From a virus (lineage: Duplodnaviria; Caudoviricetes), in the IMG/VR virus record IMGVR_UViG_3300008450_000121, positions 1 to 39,503 of that record: 39,503 bases of DNA. The stretch is one strand, 5' to 3'. A model generated the notes under the pieces. It saw nothing but the letters and a program-made list of their open reading frames with translations. It was not told where the DNA came from and did no database searches. Positions within the stretch are counted from its first letter, which is position 1. Each line of letters opens with the position of its first letter. Below, in pieces: positions 27,738 through 37,060 of the stretch. The translations under genes were made by a program, and so were the position numbers.

Positions 27738-30700
27738 ATGGCAATCCAAACAGCCACCAATCCACAGACGGGCGAAACGGTCGCTCTGGTTAACAATCAG
27801 TGGGTTCCAGTTGGTCAAACTGCAACCAATGACAAGGGCCAGAAGGCTTATTTGGTAAACAACCAGTGGCTGACTGACGACATAGCGGCCCCGCCAGTCA
27901 AAGATGCTGGCTTTTCCTTTGGAGACATAGCTAAGTCGTTTGGTATTGGTGCTGTTGGAAGCACCAAGGCGCTTACCGATGTGGCTGGTGCTGAGAACGT
28001 TGTCTCGTCTAAGCTCGGCAAGGGTGTAGAAAGCCTCCAGCAGAGCATGACCCCTGAGCGTCAAGCTGAGATGCAGCGCCAAGCAGCCCGGATGAAGGCT
28101 GCCGAAGAGTCCGGCAGCACCCTGCAAGAGATCAAGGCTGGTGCTTTAAACGTTGCTGAAGCTCCTTTGCAGTCTGCCGCGCAGGCCATTGGCTCGTTTG
28201 TTCCTTATCTTCCCGCTCTACTGGCATCTCCTATTGCGATTGCTATGGGTCTTACCGGAAGATCGCTGAGCGCGATTACAGCCGTTGCCCAGCAAGCCCC
28301 CAAAATTATCGGCACAGCCCAAGGTGCTGGCGCTGTCAAAGGCTCTATCTATGACGGCGTTCTTCGTGCTGAGATCGAAGCTGGTGTAGACCCAGAGGTT
28401 GCCAAGCAAAAGGCTGACGCAGCTCAATCCTATTTTGGTGGGAACTTTGATCAGATCGCCCTTGGCGGCGGTCTTGGTTTTGTTGCTGGCTCCAAGGGTG
28501 TTGAGGACTTGTTTTCCAAAGCTGGCCGCGCAGGGGCAGCCCCCGGCATGGCCCGTAGAGTTGGAGAGACGGTTCTCAAAGAATCTGTCCCAGAAGCCGC
28601 CCAAGGCGGTCAAGAGCGCGTTGCCCAGAACATCGCATTGCAGCGAGCTGGGTACGACGTAGACACATTTAAAGGCGCGGCTGGTGCTGCCACGCAGGAA
28701 GCGCTTACAGGCGCTCTGGGCGCTGCCCCCATCGCTGCGATGGCCCGTCCCGAGGTCAAGCCTCCAGAGTCCGTGGATGCCTTTAAGAAAGAAGAGGAAG
28801 AGTTCCGCAAAGGCTTTGGTAAAGCTGAGCCAGTTGCTGCCCCTGCTGAAGAGCGTGCAGCCGAGCCAGTCGAGCCACCCACACAGTTCCCCGGCGGCTA
28901 CACGGCCACCCGCAGAGAAATCTCCCGCCAAGAGGTTCCTGAGTCGTTTGGCATCTTTGCCCAAGGCTCGGACAAGCCATTGACCACTGTTGCCTCCCAA
29001 GAAGAGGTGGAGAAGAAGCTTCAAACCCTGACCGAGATTCGCCAGCAAGAGCAAGAGCGTCTCATGGCAGAGGGCGACAAGATCATGAAGCCGATTGAGG
29101 AGGCTCGTCGCAAACTTGAGGTCATGGAGGCCACAGGCAAGGCCAACACCGATGAATATGTGCAAGCCAAGGCGCTGCTCACTCAACAAGAGCAAGCAGC
29201 AGATGACAGGTTTGCAGAGATATTTGCTGAGATCAACAGCTATTCAGCACCCCTGAGCTTTGCCCCTATCGGCTCTCGTACCGATGTGCAGAATGAGTTT
29301 GTCGTTAACCGTGGCGAAGAGCCTGTCGGCGTTTTCCCAACTCTGGAGCAAGCCGAGACCACGCTGCGAGAGCGTGAGCCCGAAGTGTTTAAACAGGCAG
29401 AGGTCACTGCCCGCACGCAGGAGCTGGAGAAGACCCTCAAACCGATGCTGGCCAAGTTCAATCTTGGCGACGTAGGTTTAAACGTTGTTGAGCAGCTACA
29501 AAACAATGCGGGTGGCGCTTACCTCGACAGGTTAATCAAGGTTTCTCTGGAAGAGAAAAACCCCATCCAGACCATGCGCCATGAGTCCATGCATGCGCTG
29601 AAGGACTTGGGCTTCTTCACTCCGCAGCAATGGAAGGCTTTGACCGAGCAAGCCAACCAGAAGTGGATCAAGGAGTATTTGGAGGGCCAGACCTCTGAGT
29701 TGGACGGTGTGCAGATGAGCCGTCTGGATGCCTACAAGAAGATTGGGCTGACTCAGGAAGAGATTGTTGAAGAAGCCATCGCTGATGCGTTTGGCGCTTA
29801 CGACCGTGGGGCTACACCGCCTCCCGGCATGATTGCTGCGTTGTTTAAGAAGCTGAAGAACTTCTTTGCCAACTTCGGCCAAGCCCTGCGTGGTGCTGGC
29901 TTTGAGTCTGCGGATGATGTGTTCCAGCGCGTTGAGCGTGGTGAGCTAAAGTCTCGCAAGCCAAAGGCAGAGAAGGCCGAGCCGAAAGCCAAGCCAGAAG
30001 AAAAAGCCGAGAAGCCAGAGCAGACTATGGGTGAGCGCCTAAGCTTGCTGCGCAAGGCCCACCCAGACGAGATCGACATCTCCACGCAGAATCCTCAAGG
30101 CGTTAAACGCATCTACGACCCCATCACTGAGATGTTGTCGATTGACGAGGCGGCTGTGCGTGAGGCGATGAAGGCCAATCCAAAGATGGCCCAAAAAACC
30201 ATTCAGGCTATCAAGTCTTATGGGTTTATTCCTGACGGCACACCGAACAACAAGGTCCTTGAGTTGTTTCGGGAAAACATCGTCAACAACTTGATGTTCT
30301 TGTACAACAAGGTTCCATCTAGCATTCGCAACAGAAGCAAACTCTGGTACGACGGAGCCAACAAGATCGCCAAAGAGATGGCGGATAACTACGACATGTC
30401 GTTGCGTCAGATTGCCGCAATCATGGCGGCAATGTCTCCACAAAAAGATTGGTTCCAAAACGTATCGATGGCCGAACGGGCTATTGATGTCTTGAAAAAC
30501 CAAGGTGATCAGGCTTGGACGCCCGACATGCTGAAGTACGCCGAAAGCTATGTCAAAGAAACAAAAGACAGGAAAGAGCGCGAGAAGCGCCAAGACGCTT
30601 TCGAGAAGATTAAAAGGGTTGCTCGGGCTGGCACCGTCCTAAATGACATGGACGAGAAGTCTGCCGCAGCGTTTGTTCGAGCATATGACGAGGCGTTCCA

Positions 30701-33700
30701 CTCAAGGAGCTATCGAATTGTTACCCCAGAGGGTGGGTTCGGTGACTTGGTTAAGAACAATGACGGCACACCTTCCACAATGATGTGGTCAACTTACGGC
30801 CCGATTGAGAAGGCCGTCAGCATCTTCCGTGATGGAAGCCGTGAAAACGTGAGTCAGCAACTTGGCTTTGAGCACAAGATTCGTTCTTTCTACAACAACA
30901 TTGCTAACCCCAACAGCGAGATTGATCACGTCACCATCGACACGCATGCCGTAGCTGCTGCTTTGTTTGAAGCTTTGGCCGGGACGGACACCGAGGTGAC
31001 GCAAAACTTTGGTGGCACAGGCTCTTCTGATGTGCTTGGCGTGGGCGGCACATATGGTTTGATCGCCGATGCTTACCGTGAAGCCGCCAAGAAGGCTGGC
31101 GTTCGCGCCAGAGAGATGCAATCCATCACTTGGGAAGCTGTCCGGGCACTGTTCTCTGAAGAGGTCAAGGCAACCATCAAGCCAAAGATTCGCGCTGAAT
31201 GGAAGAAATACAAAACCGGGCAGCAATCTTTTGATGAAACCCGCAACAATGTCTTGGACATTGCAGGTCAGCCCGATAAGCTTGACGAGCCAGACTGGAT
31301 TGATTCCGGCGTAGGTCAGTTTGTGTCCGATGGTGGCACAAGCTACGACAAGACGTTTACACCCACTGGTGGTGTTCGCCTGCGTGAAGAGCGAGAGATT
31401 CGTGAGAAGGTTACCTTTAACTTGTCGGCAGTAACCAACAGCATCCCGGGCCTGCGTGAGCTTTACAGCAAGGCCATGAAAGGTGATGACAAGGCTTACG
31501 AGCTGCTGCAAAAGGTCGCTGAAAGCTCCTTGCAGTATTTGCTCAAAGGCTCTGGCGCAAAGATTAAGATTGATTACGCCAAGGGTGTTTATCTTTCTGA
31601 CCGCGAGCCCTCCATCTCTGTCAGTGCTGCATTTGACGAGCGCAACCAACGAGCTGTTATGGGTGCTCTTGCCAAGTTTGCAGAGAACTACAACCAGCAA
31701 CAAATCCATGTCCGAGTCCCAACCATTCGCAAGGTCGGTCATGACTTCGGAGATGGCTCTTACGCAACACCTGTGTACGAAATTCCATTGCGCAAGAAAT
31801 TGAACAACGCGCAGATTTCGGACATAATCAATCAGACGGGTTTGCAAGGCTTCTCTGTCTCCGAGAGGCAAGTTGTTGCCCAAGGCAAGACAGTCACAGA
31901 AAACTTCTTAACCGCATACTGGGTAGCACCAAATGACATCGAACAAGAATTCGCAAGCTTCGACAGTTTCGAGCAAGCCGTCAGGGCAGCACAGGCCTTG
32001 GCTGGAGTCGAGGGTTCAAAACCTAAACAATCTGTTGAACGCCTCTACGTCTACGGCGAAGGATCGGGAGCAAGAATCTCCTATGAAGACATACAAAGCG
32101 ACCTTCTTCCCAGAGAAGGAACGGACACAGTCACGCCAAGGCTGATTTCCGAATACCTGCGGGGCGAGCCCATAAAGGTATTTAAACAAAAGGACCTGAC
32201 CAACAAGCAGGTCGAAAGCCAGAAACTGCTGGCAAAAGTTTTTGATGAGCTTCCAACCAAGGACCTGAAGAATCCCTTGGTGCGCAGCGCCTACAACGCT
32301 TTAAACAAAGAGCTTGTACAGCAGTACAACGCCATGCCAATCAAGGTCGAGCTTGTCGAGGGCCAACGGGATGAGGATGGCAACTTCATTGACATCTACA
32401 AAAACAGCGCAGAGATGCGCAGAGATGTAAGTGACAACAACAAGTTTAAGGTCTACAAGACTGAGGCCGGAACATTTGGTCCTGAAGGCTTTAACTTCAA
32501 AGACCACCCGCTCTTAAAAGACTCTGGCGTCAAAGATGTAGATGGCAAGGCCATGCTGTTCAATGATGTGCTTCGTGCCGTGCATGACTACTATGCTCAC
32601 AATCTTTCCGACATTCAGTTTGGCCCCAAGGGCGAGGCTGCTGCTTGGCGCAACCACATGTCCGTCACTGCCAATCCTTTGGCTCGGTGGGCGCTTACCG
32701 CCGAAACACGGGCGCAGAATGCGTGGCAGAACTTCAGAGAAGGCGTGGAAGACGTTCCTCTTAAGGATCGTCCGTATGCCGATCAGAAGGCTATGCTGCC
32801 TCCAGTCAATTTCACCTTTACTGGAGAGGCTGACGTTGATCAGGTGATGGCAGACTTTGCTGCAACCTTAACTCCGGAGCAGCAGCTCGGCAGCTTACCG
32901 GCCACAAGCCAGTACGCCGCAGAGGTTAGAAAGCAGATGCCGAAGCTGAGCCTGCGCACGTACTTTCCCTCCGCAAGAGAGGCGGAAGACGCGGCATATG
33001 GCAAGGCTCCTCCATCAACCAAGGAGTTTAAACTCTTCTTGGGCGGCAGCCAGATCGTAGAAGAGGGCCGTGCAGTCCCAATGTTCCATGGCTCGCAGGA
33101 CATCTTCACGCAGTTCCGTGAGAACAAGCCAATCTTCGTCAGCCCCAGCGCAGAAGAAGCCGAGCGTTATGGCAGCAGGCGAGCAGAGAAGGGTGAGGAT
33201 GTAAACGTGTATCCGCTGTGGGTACGCGCAGAGACCCCGTTCGACTACGCCAACCCAGAGCATGTCCAGCAAGTCATGGACAAGATGGCTCAGAACAACA
33301 CGCTCAAGGGGAAGCAGCCAGCTTTCTTTAATCTCGGTCACTGGGAAAGCATTGAGGACAAGGATGTGCAAGACGCTATCAAGGCTCTTGGGTTCGACTC
33401 CTTCTATGTAAAGGAAAGCGGCGAGAGAAACCTTGCCGTCTATGGCGCCAACCAAGTCAAGTCCATCACCGGCAATATTGGCGACTTCAGCCGTGAGTCC
33501 AAGGACATCCGTTACAGCTTGAAGAACACCGGCTTTCACTCTGGTGATTTGGGTTATGGCCGGGATACAGTTCTTGGCAGGATGGAAGGCAGGGGCACAG
33601 GTCATTTTGGTACTGGTGTTTACCTTGTCAGCACCCCCGAGAAGGCTCGCAATCGTTTTGATACGCGAGCTGATCGGCCCATGATGCAAGCCGACTTATC

Positions 33701-36659
33701 CCAGTTTAATTTAGCCAAGCCCTTAGGTGATCTTTGGGCCAAAAGGTTGCATGACGGTTTAAAAATCGTCAACCGCATGGTGGGCAAGGGCTACGAAAGC
33801 CGCGCCGAGTTTGAAGAAGATTTGCAAAAAGCTGCAAGCTTGATTGAGTACTCGCTCTCACTCAACCAATCCAACGCAGAAATCCGCAAAGCAATTCTGA
33901 CCTCCGTTAAGTCTGCCAAAAAGGAATTGACTGACGATGTCATGTTTACCAACACGTACCTTGACTCCGCCTCTACCCGGGTTATAAAGAGCCTCGGGTT
34001 TGACGGTGTTGATGTGCGTCACATCCCAGAGTTTGACAACACCGAATATGGCACTGTGGTGTACAGGAAATCTATTGCCGACAGCTCTGCGGTTAAGTAC
34101 AGCCTGCCAACCATCCCGCAGCAGATCACTGACCGAATTAACGAGGCAACGACCAGACGCCAAAGAGAGGGCTTTATTGAGCGCATGGTTTCTGCCATCT
34201 CTCCTGAGAGCGCATCCAGCTTCCGCCAGCGTTACCTGAACCGCTACAACCAGATGTCGGTCTACGACAAGAAGAGAGCCGAGCAGATGGGCGGTGCAGC
34301 CCTTCTCGCCGACCAGAGCGCAGAGTCTGCGGCTTTGATGTCCGACCTCGGGGCGGGTATTGCAGCTTCCGCTATGGGCCTTGGGGATCGTAATGGTGGT
34401 ATTCCAATCCTTCGTAACGGCATCACGACCATCGACACCAAGGTGAAGGGACTGATCGCCTCTCTGGCCCCCTTGGCAGCTTATGGAGACCCGGTGGTGT
34501 ACCAGCAATATCAATACTGGGCCATGGTCAAACGTGGCGTGCGTTTAAACAAAGAAGGTAGGCTCGGCGGCATTGACTCGGCCGACGTCGCGTTTGCCAA
34601 GCTCCTTGAGCAGAAGTACCCAAAGGACTTGTTTGTAAACGTTCAGAAAGACTTGATCGCTTTCAACAATGGTCTGGTTCAGTACATGGTGGACACTGGC
34701 GTTCTCTCCAAAGAGCGCGGCTACGAGTACACCAAGCATGCCGACTACATCCCCTTCTACCGTCAGATGGATGACGGTAAGGAAACTCTGGGACCAAACC
34801 TGTTCCAGTCCCTGTCGGGCGTAAAGCCACCCAAGAAGCTCAAAGGCAAGAAGGTAGAAGAGGCTCCGCTGGCTGACTTCCTTGAGACGATGGTGCGTAA
34901 CACTCAGTCAGCCATTCAGGCTGGCATCAAGAACTACGCAGCCCAGCGGGCGATTGATGTGGCGAGTAAGGTCAAAGCCCCCGGCATGGAGATAGAGCGT
35001 TTGCCAGTTGCATCGACAGAGCCGAACGTCATCAATGTCTTGGAGAAGGGCCAGCTTGTTTCCTACCGCACGGCAGACAATTTGCTGATCGAGGCCACAA
35101 AAAGTTTAAACCTCTCAGAGCTTCCGTTCATGGGCATCCTGTCTGCGCCAGCCGATCTGCTGCGTAACTTGGTGACCAAGGACCCCGGCTTCATGATGGC
35201 TAACTTGCTGCGTGACTCACTGTCTGCGTGGGTAACTTCGGGCCAAAAGATGACCCCTATCGTAGGAACGGTCATCAGCTTCGGCAAGGCTCTGACCCGC
35301 AACTCTCCCGGCTTTGAGGCCATGCAGAACGCTGGCATCATCGGCGGCTACGAGTTCAGCGCCAACGTCGAGCAGTCCGGGTTTAAACTGGAAGAAGACC
35401 TCAAGCGCAAAGCAGGCAAGCGCACTGACTCTCTTCTGCTCCGTCCGTTTACATCGGTGTGGGATGCTCTGGAGACAGGAACCACCGCCTCTGATGCAGC
35501 TACCCGCGCCTTGATTTACGAGCGTGTCTTGGCAGACACAGGCAACGAGGCTGAAGCCCTGTACCGCTCACTTGAGGTGATGAACTTCCACCGCAAGGGT
35601 AACTCTCCTTTGATCCGAGTTCTGACTGCGGCTGTGCCGTTCTTCAACGCCCGTCTGCAAGGTCTGGATTTGTTCTACCGAGCCTCCACAGGCAACATGA
35701 ACAACAAGGACGCTGCCGCAATCCAGCGCCAGTTCTTTGCCCGGGGCATGACGATGATGGCTCTGTCCACTGCCTACTGGTTCATGGTCTCGGATGACGA
35801 GGAATACAAGAAGCAAGAGCAAGAGACTCGGGACAGCAACTGGATCATCCCAAGTATCGGAGCCCGTATCCCAATTCCTTTCGAGGTAGGTGTGCTGTTT
35901 AAAGTCATACCTGAGCGGATTGCCGCCTACACATTCGGGGACGACACAGGTCAAGACCTGCGTGACTCTCTGTTCCGCAACGCCATGTCCACGTTTGCGT
36001 TTAACCCAATCCCTCAGACGGCAAAGCCGATCATTGAGGCTGCGTTCAACTTCAACACGTTTACATGGAGACCCATCGTCAGCGAGGGCATGAAGGACGT
36101 TGATCCTAAGTTCCAAGTCGGGCCAAGCACATCGATTGTCGCCAAGGGTATTGGTCAGGCTCTCGGCCTGTCACCACTCAAGGTAGATCACATCATCAAG
36201 GGCTACACCGGGACCATCGGTATGTATGGCATCGACACCATAGATATGGTCTTGGATCAGTTCGGAGACAGTCCCAAGCCTACCAAGCGGTTTGAGCAAC
36301 TGCCTGTGATCAAGCGCTTTGCCTTGGATGATGAGGCGCGGGGCAATGTGACTCAGTACTACCAACTCAAAGACGCAGTCGATACGACAGTCAGGACAAT
36401 GAACCTGCTGGAGAAGCAGGGTGAGTCAGAGGAGTATGTGGAGTACTTGACCAAGAATCAGGGGACATTGGCCTTCAAGGACTACATCCGCGACACAGAG
36501 AAGACCATGAAGGACTTGAGAGATATGCGTAACGCAATACGGATTTCTCAGATGACTGGAGATGAGAAGCGAGACGCTTTGCTTGAGATCACAAAAGCAG
36601 AGAACGCCGTCACCTCTCAAATCCAGACAATCAAGAAAGCTATCGCTTCAGTTCAATAA
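27738..36659 (+). CDS. Large polyvalent protein (zincin peptidase, HhH-like domain, two ART-like domains, LPD38-like C-terminus)
   Basis: HESMH (29580-29594) plus downstream EEAIADAF; FHGS...VYP...GFDS..NQVKS ART-PolyVal-like signature; C-terminal VPFFNARLQG...IPIPFEVG...SPLKVDHIIKGYTG typical of LPD38. Confidence 0.82.
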   Translation: MAIQTATNPQTGETVALVNNQWVPVGQTATNDKGQKAYLVNNQWLTDDIAAPPVKDAGFSFGDIAKSFGIGAVGSTKALTDVAGAENVVSSKLGKGVESLQQSMTPERQAEMQRQAARMKAAEESGSTLQEIKAGALNVAEAPLQSAAQAIGSFVPYLPALLASPIAIAMGLTGRSLSAITAVAQQAPKIIGTAQGAGAVKGSIYDGVLRAEIEAGVDPEVAKQKADAAQSYFGGNFDQIALGGGLGFVAGSKGVEDLFSKAGRAGAAPGMARRVGETVLKESVPEAAQGGQERVAQNIALQRAGYDVDTFKGAAGAATQEALTGALGAAPIAAMARPEVKPPESVDAFKKEEEEFRKGFGKAEPVAAPAEERAAEPVEPPTQFPGGYTATRREISRQEVPESFGIFAQGSDKPLTTVASQEEVEKKLQTLTEIRQQEQERLMAEGDKIMKPIEEARRKLEVMEATGKANTDEYVQAKALLTQQEQAADDRFAEIFAEINSYSAPLSFAPIGSRTDVQNEFVVNRGEEPVGVFPTLEQAETTLREREPEVFKQAEVTARTQELEKTLKPMLAKFNLGDVGLNVVEQLQNNAGGAYLDRLIKVSLEEKNPIQTMRHESMHALKDLGFFTPQQWKALTEQANQKWIKEYLEGQTSELDGVQMSRLDAYKKIGLTQEEIVEEAIADAFGAYDRGATPPPGMIAALFKKLKNFFANFGQALRGAGFESADDVFQRVERGELKSRKPKAEKAEPKAKPEEKAEKPEQTMGERLSLLRKAHPDEIDISTQNPQGVKRIYDPITEMLSIDEAAVREAMKANPKMAQKTIQAIKSYGFIPDGTPNNKVLELFRENIVNNLMFLYNKVPSSIRNRSKLWYDGANKIAKEMADNYDMSLRQIAAIMAAMSPQKDWFQNVSMAERAIDVLKNQGDQAWTPDMLKYAESYVKETKDRKEREKRQDAFEKIKRVARAGTVLNDMDEKSAAAFVRAYDEAFHSRSYRIVTPEGGFGDLVKNNDGTPSTMMWSTYGPIEKAVSIFRDGSRENVSQQLGFEHKIRSFYNNIANPNSEIDHVTIDTHAVAAALFEALAGTDTEVTQNFGGTGSSDVLGVGGTYGLIADAYREAAKKAGVRAREMQSITWEAVRALFSEEVKATIKPKIRAEWKKYKTGQQSFDETRNNVLDIAGQPDKLDEPDWIDSGVGQFVSDGGTSYDKTFTPTGGVRLREEREIREKVTFNLSAVTNSIPGLRELYSKAMKGDDKAYELLQKVAESSLQYLLKGSGAKIKIDYAKGVYLSDREPSISVSAAFDERNQRAVMGALAKFAENYNQQQIHVRVPTIRKVGHDFGDGSYATPVYEIPLRKKLNNAQISDIINQTGLQGFSVSERQVVAQGKTVTENFLTAYWVAPNDIEQEFASFDSFEQAVRAAQALAGVEGSKPKQSVERLYVYGEGSGARISYEDIQSDLLPREGTDTVTPRLISEYLRGEPIKVFKQKDLTNKQVESQKLLAKVFDELPTKDLKNPLVRSAYNALNKELVQQYNAMPIKVELVEGQRDEDGNFIDIYKNSAEMRRDVSDNNKFKVYKTEAGTFGPEGFNFKDHPLLKDSGVKDVDGKAMLFNDVLRAVHDYYAHNLSDIQFGPKGEAAAWRNHMSVTANPLARWALTAETRAQNAWQNFREGVEDVPLKDRPYADQKAMLPPVNFTFTGEADVDQVMADFAATLTPEQQLGSLPATSQYAAEVRKQMPKLSLRTYFPSAREAEDAAYGKAPPSTKEFKLFLGGSQIVEEGRAVPMFHGSQDIFTQFRENKPIFVSPSAEEAERYGSRRAEKGEDVNVYPLWVRAETPFDYANPEHVQQVMDKMAQNNTLKGKQPAFFNLGHWESIEDKDVQDAIKALGFDSFYVKESGERNLAVYGANQVKSITGNIGDFSRESKDIRYSLKNTGFHSGDLGYGRDTVLGRMEGRGTGHFGTGVYLVSTPEKARNRFDTRADRPMMQADLSQFNLAKPLGDLWAKRLHDGLKIVNRMVGKGYESRAEFEEDLQKAASLIEYSLSLNQSNAEIRKAILTSVKSAKKELTDDVMFTNTYLDSASTRVIKSLGFDGVDVRHIPEFDNTEYGTVVYRKSIADSSAVKYSLPTIPQQITDRINEATTRRQREGFIERMVSAISPESASSFRQRYLNRYNQMSVYDKKRAEQMGGAALLADQSAESAALMSDLGAGIAASAMGLGDRNGGIPILRNGITTIDTKVKGLIASLAPLAAYGDPVVYQQYQYWAMVKRGVRLNKEGRLGGIDSADVAFAKLLEQKYPKDLFVNVQKDLIAFNNGLVQYMVDTGVLSKERGYEYTKHADYIPFYRQMDDGKETLGPNLFQSLSGVKPPKKLKGKKVEEAPLADFLETMVRNTQSAIQAGIKNYAAQRAIDVASKVKAPGMEIERLPVASTEPNVINVLEKGQLVSYRTADNLLIEATKSLNLSELPFMGILSAPADLLRNLVTKDPGFMMANLLRDSLSAWVTSGQKMTPIVGTVISFGKALTRNSPGFEAMQNAGIIGGYEFSANVEQSGFKLEEDLKRKAGKRTDSLLLRPFTSVWDALETGTTASDAATRALIYERVLADTGNEAEALYRSLEVMNFHRKGNSPLIRVLTAAVPFFNARLQGLDLFYRASTGNMNNKDAAAIQRQFFARGMTMMALSTAYWFMVSDDEEYKKQEQETRDSNWIIPSIGARIPIPFEVGVLFKVIPERIAAYTFGDDTGQDLRDSLFRNAMSTFAFNPIPQTAKPIIEAAFNFNTFTWRPIVSEGMKDVDPKFQVGPSTSIVAKGIGQALGLSPLKVDHIIKGYTGTIGMYGIDTIDMVLDQFGDSPKPTKRFEQLPVIKRFALDDEARGNVTQYYQLKDAVDTTVRTMNLLEKQGESEEYVEYLTKNQGTLAFKDYIRDTEKTMKDLRDMRNAIRISQMTGDEKRDALLEITKAENAVTSQIQTIKKAIASVQ

Positions 36660-36930
36660 GATCGTTCTCGAAGAGCCAGCCCACCGTCGCCCGGTGGGCC
36701 TCCTCCCACATGTTTACACGCTCTTGTTTAGACATCTTGGAGCCTTGGTCCAGCTCCATGTGACACCGGAAGCACAGTGCTGCGATCCGGTAGTCGTGGG
36801 CTTTTAGCCCTCTTCCCTTTCCATCACGCAGTTGGTTAGAGTGGGCTGCGACTACCGTCCCGTCTTGAGTGCCACACGTTTGACAGGGACTGCTCCTCAC
36901 TGCTTCTAATAGCTTTTGGTTTCGATACAA
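36640..36930 (-). CDS. Zinc-binding HNH-like protein (DUF968/DUF1364-type)
   Basis: CQTC...AAHSN..GKGRGLK.D...LCFRCH; likely TTG start at 36930 after GAGGAG. Confidence 0.7.
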   Translation of the reverse strand: MYRNQKLLEAVRSSPCQTCGTQDGTVVAAHSNQLRDGKGRGLKAHDYRIAALCFRCHMELDQGSKMSKQERVNMWEEAHRATVGWLFENDLIELKR

Positions 36931-37060
36931 CGATTCTCTCCTCGGTTGTGAATCTGTGGCCGTTGCCACATTCCTTGCGTCTGACGATGACACCATCTTT
37001 TTTGCGTACACGGGTCTCCAGAACGTCAAAGACCTTTGTGCCGCACTCGGGACACTTCAC
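36836..37060 (-). CDS. Stand-alone NrdR-like zinc-ribbon protein
   Basis: MKCPECG...VLETR...RRKEC..GHRFTTEE matches the NrdR N-terminal ribbon; no ATP-cone domain. Confidence 0.75.
   Translation of the reverse strand: MKCPECGTKVFDVLETRVRKKDGVIVRRKECGNGHRFTTEERIVVSKPKAIRSSEEQSLSNVWHSRRDGSRSPL

Noticed and set aside
154-36620. Many antisense and alternative-frame ORFs (e.g. 1337..2068, 23271..24050, 28218..29195, 30789..31883 on -)
   Set aside because: They lie wholly opposite coupled, RBS-bearing + strand genes, lack motifs and are explained as codon-bias shadows
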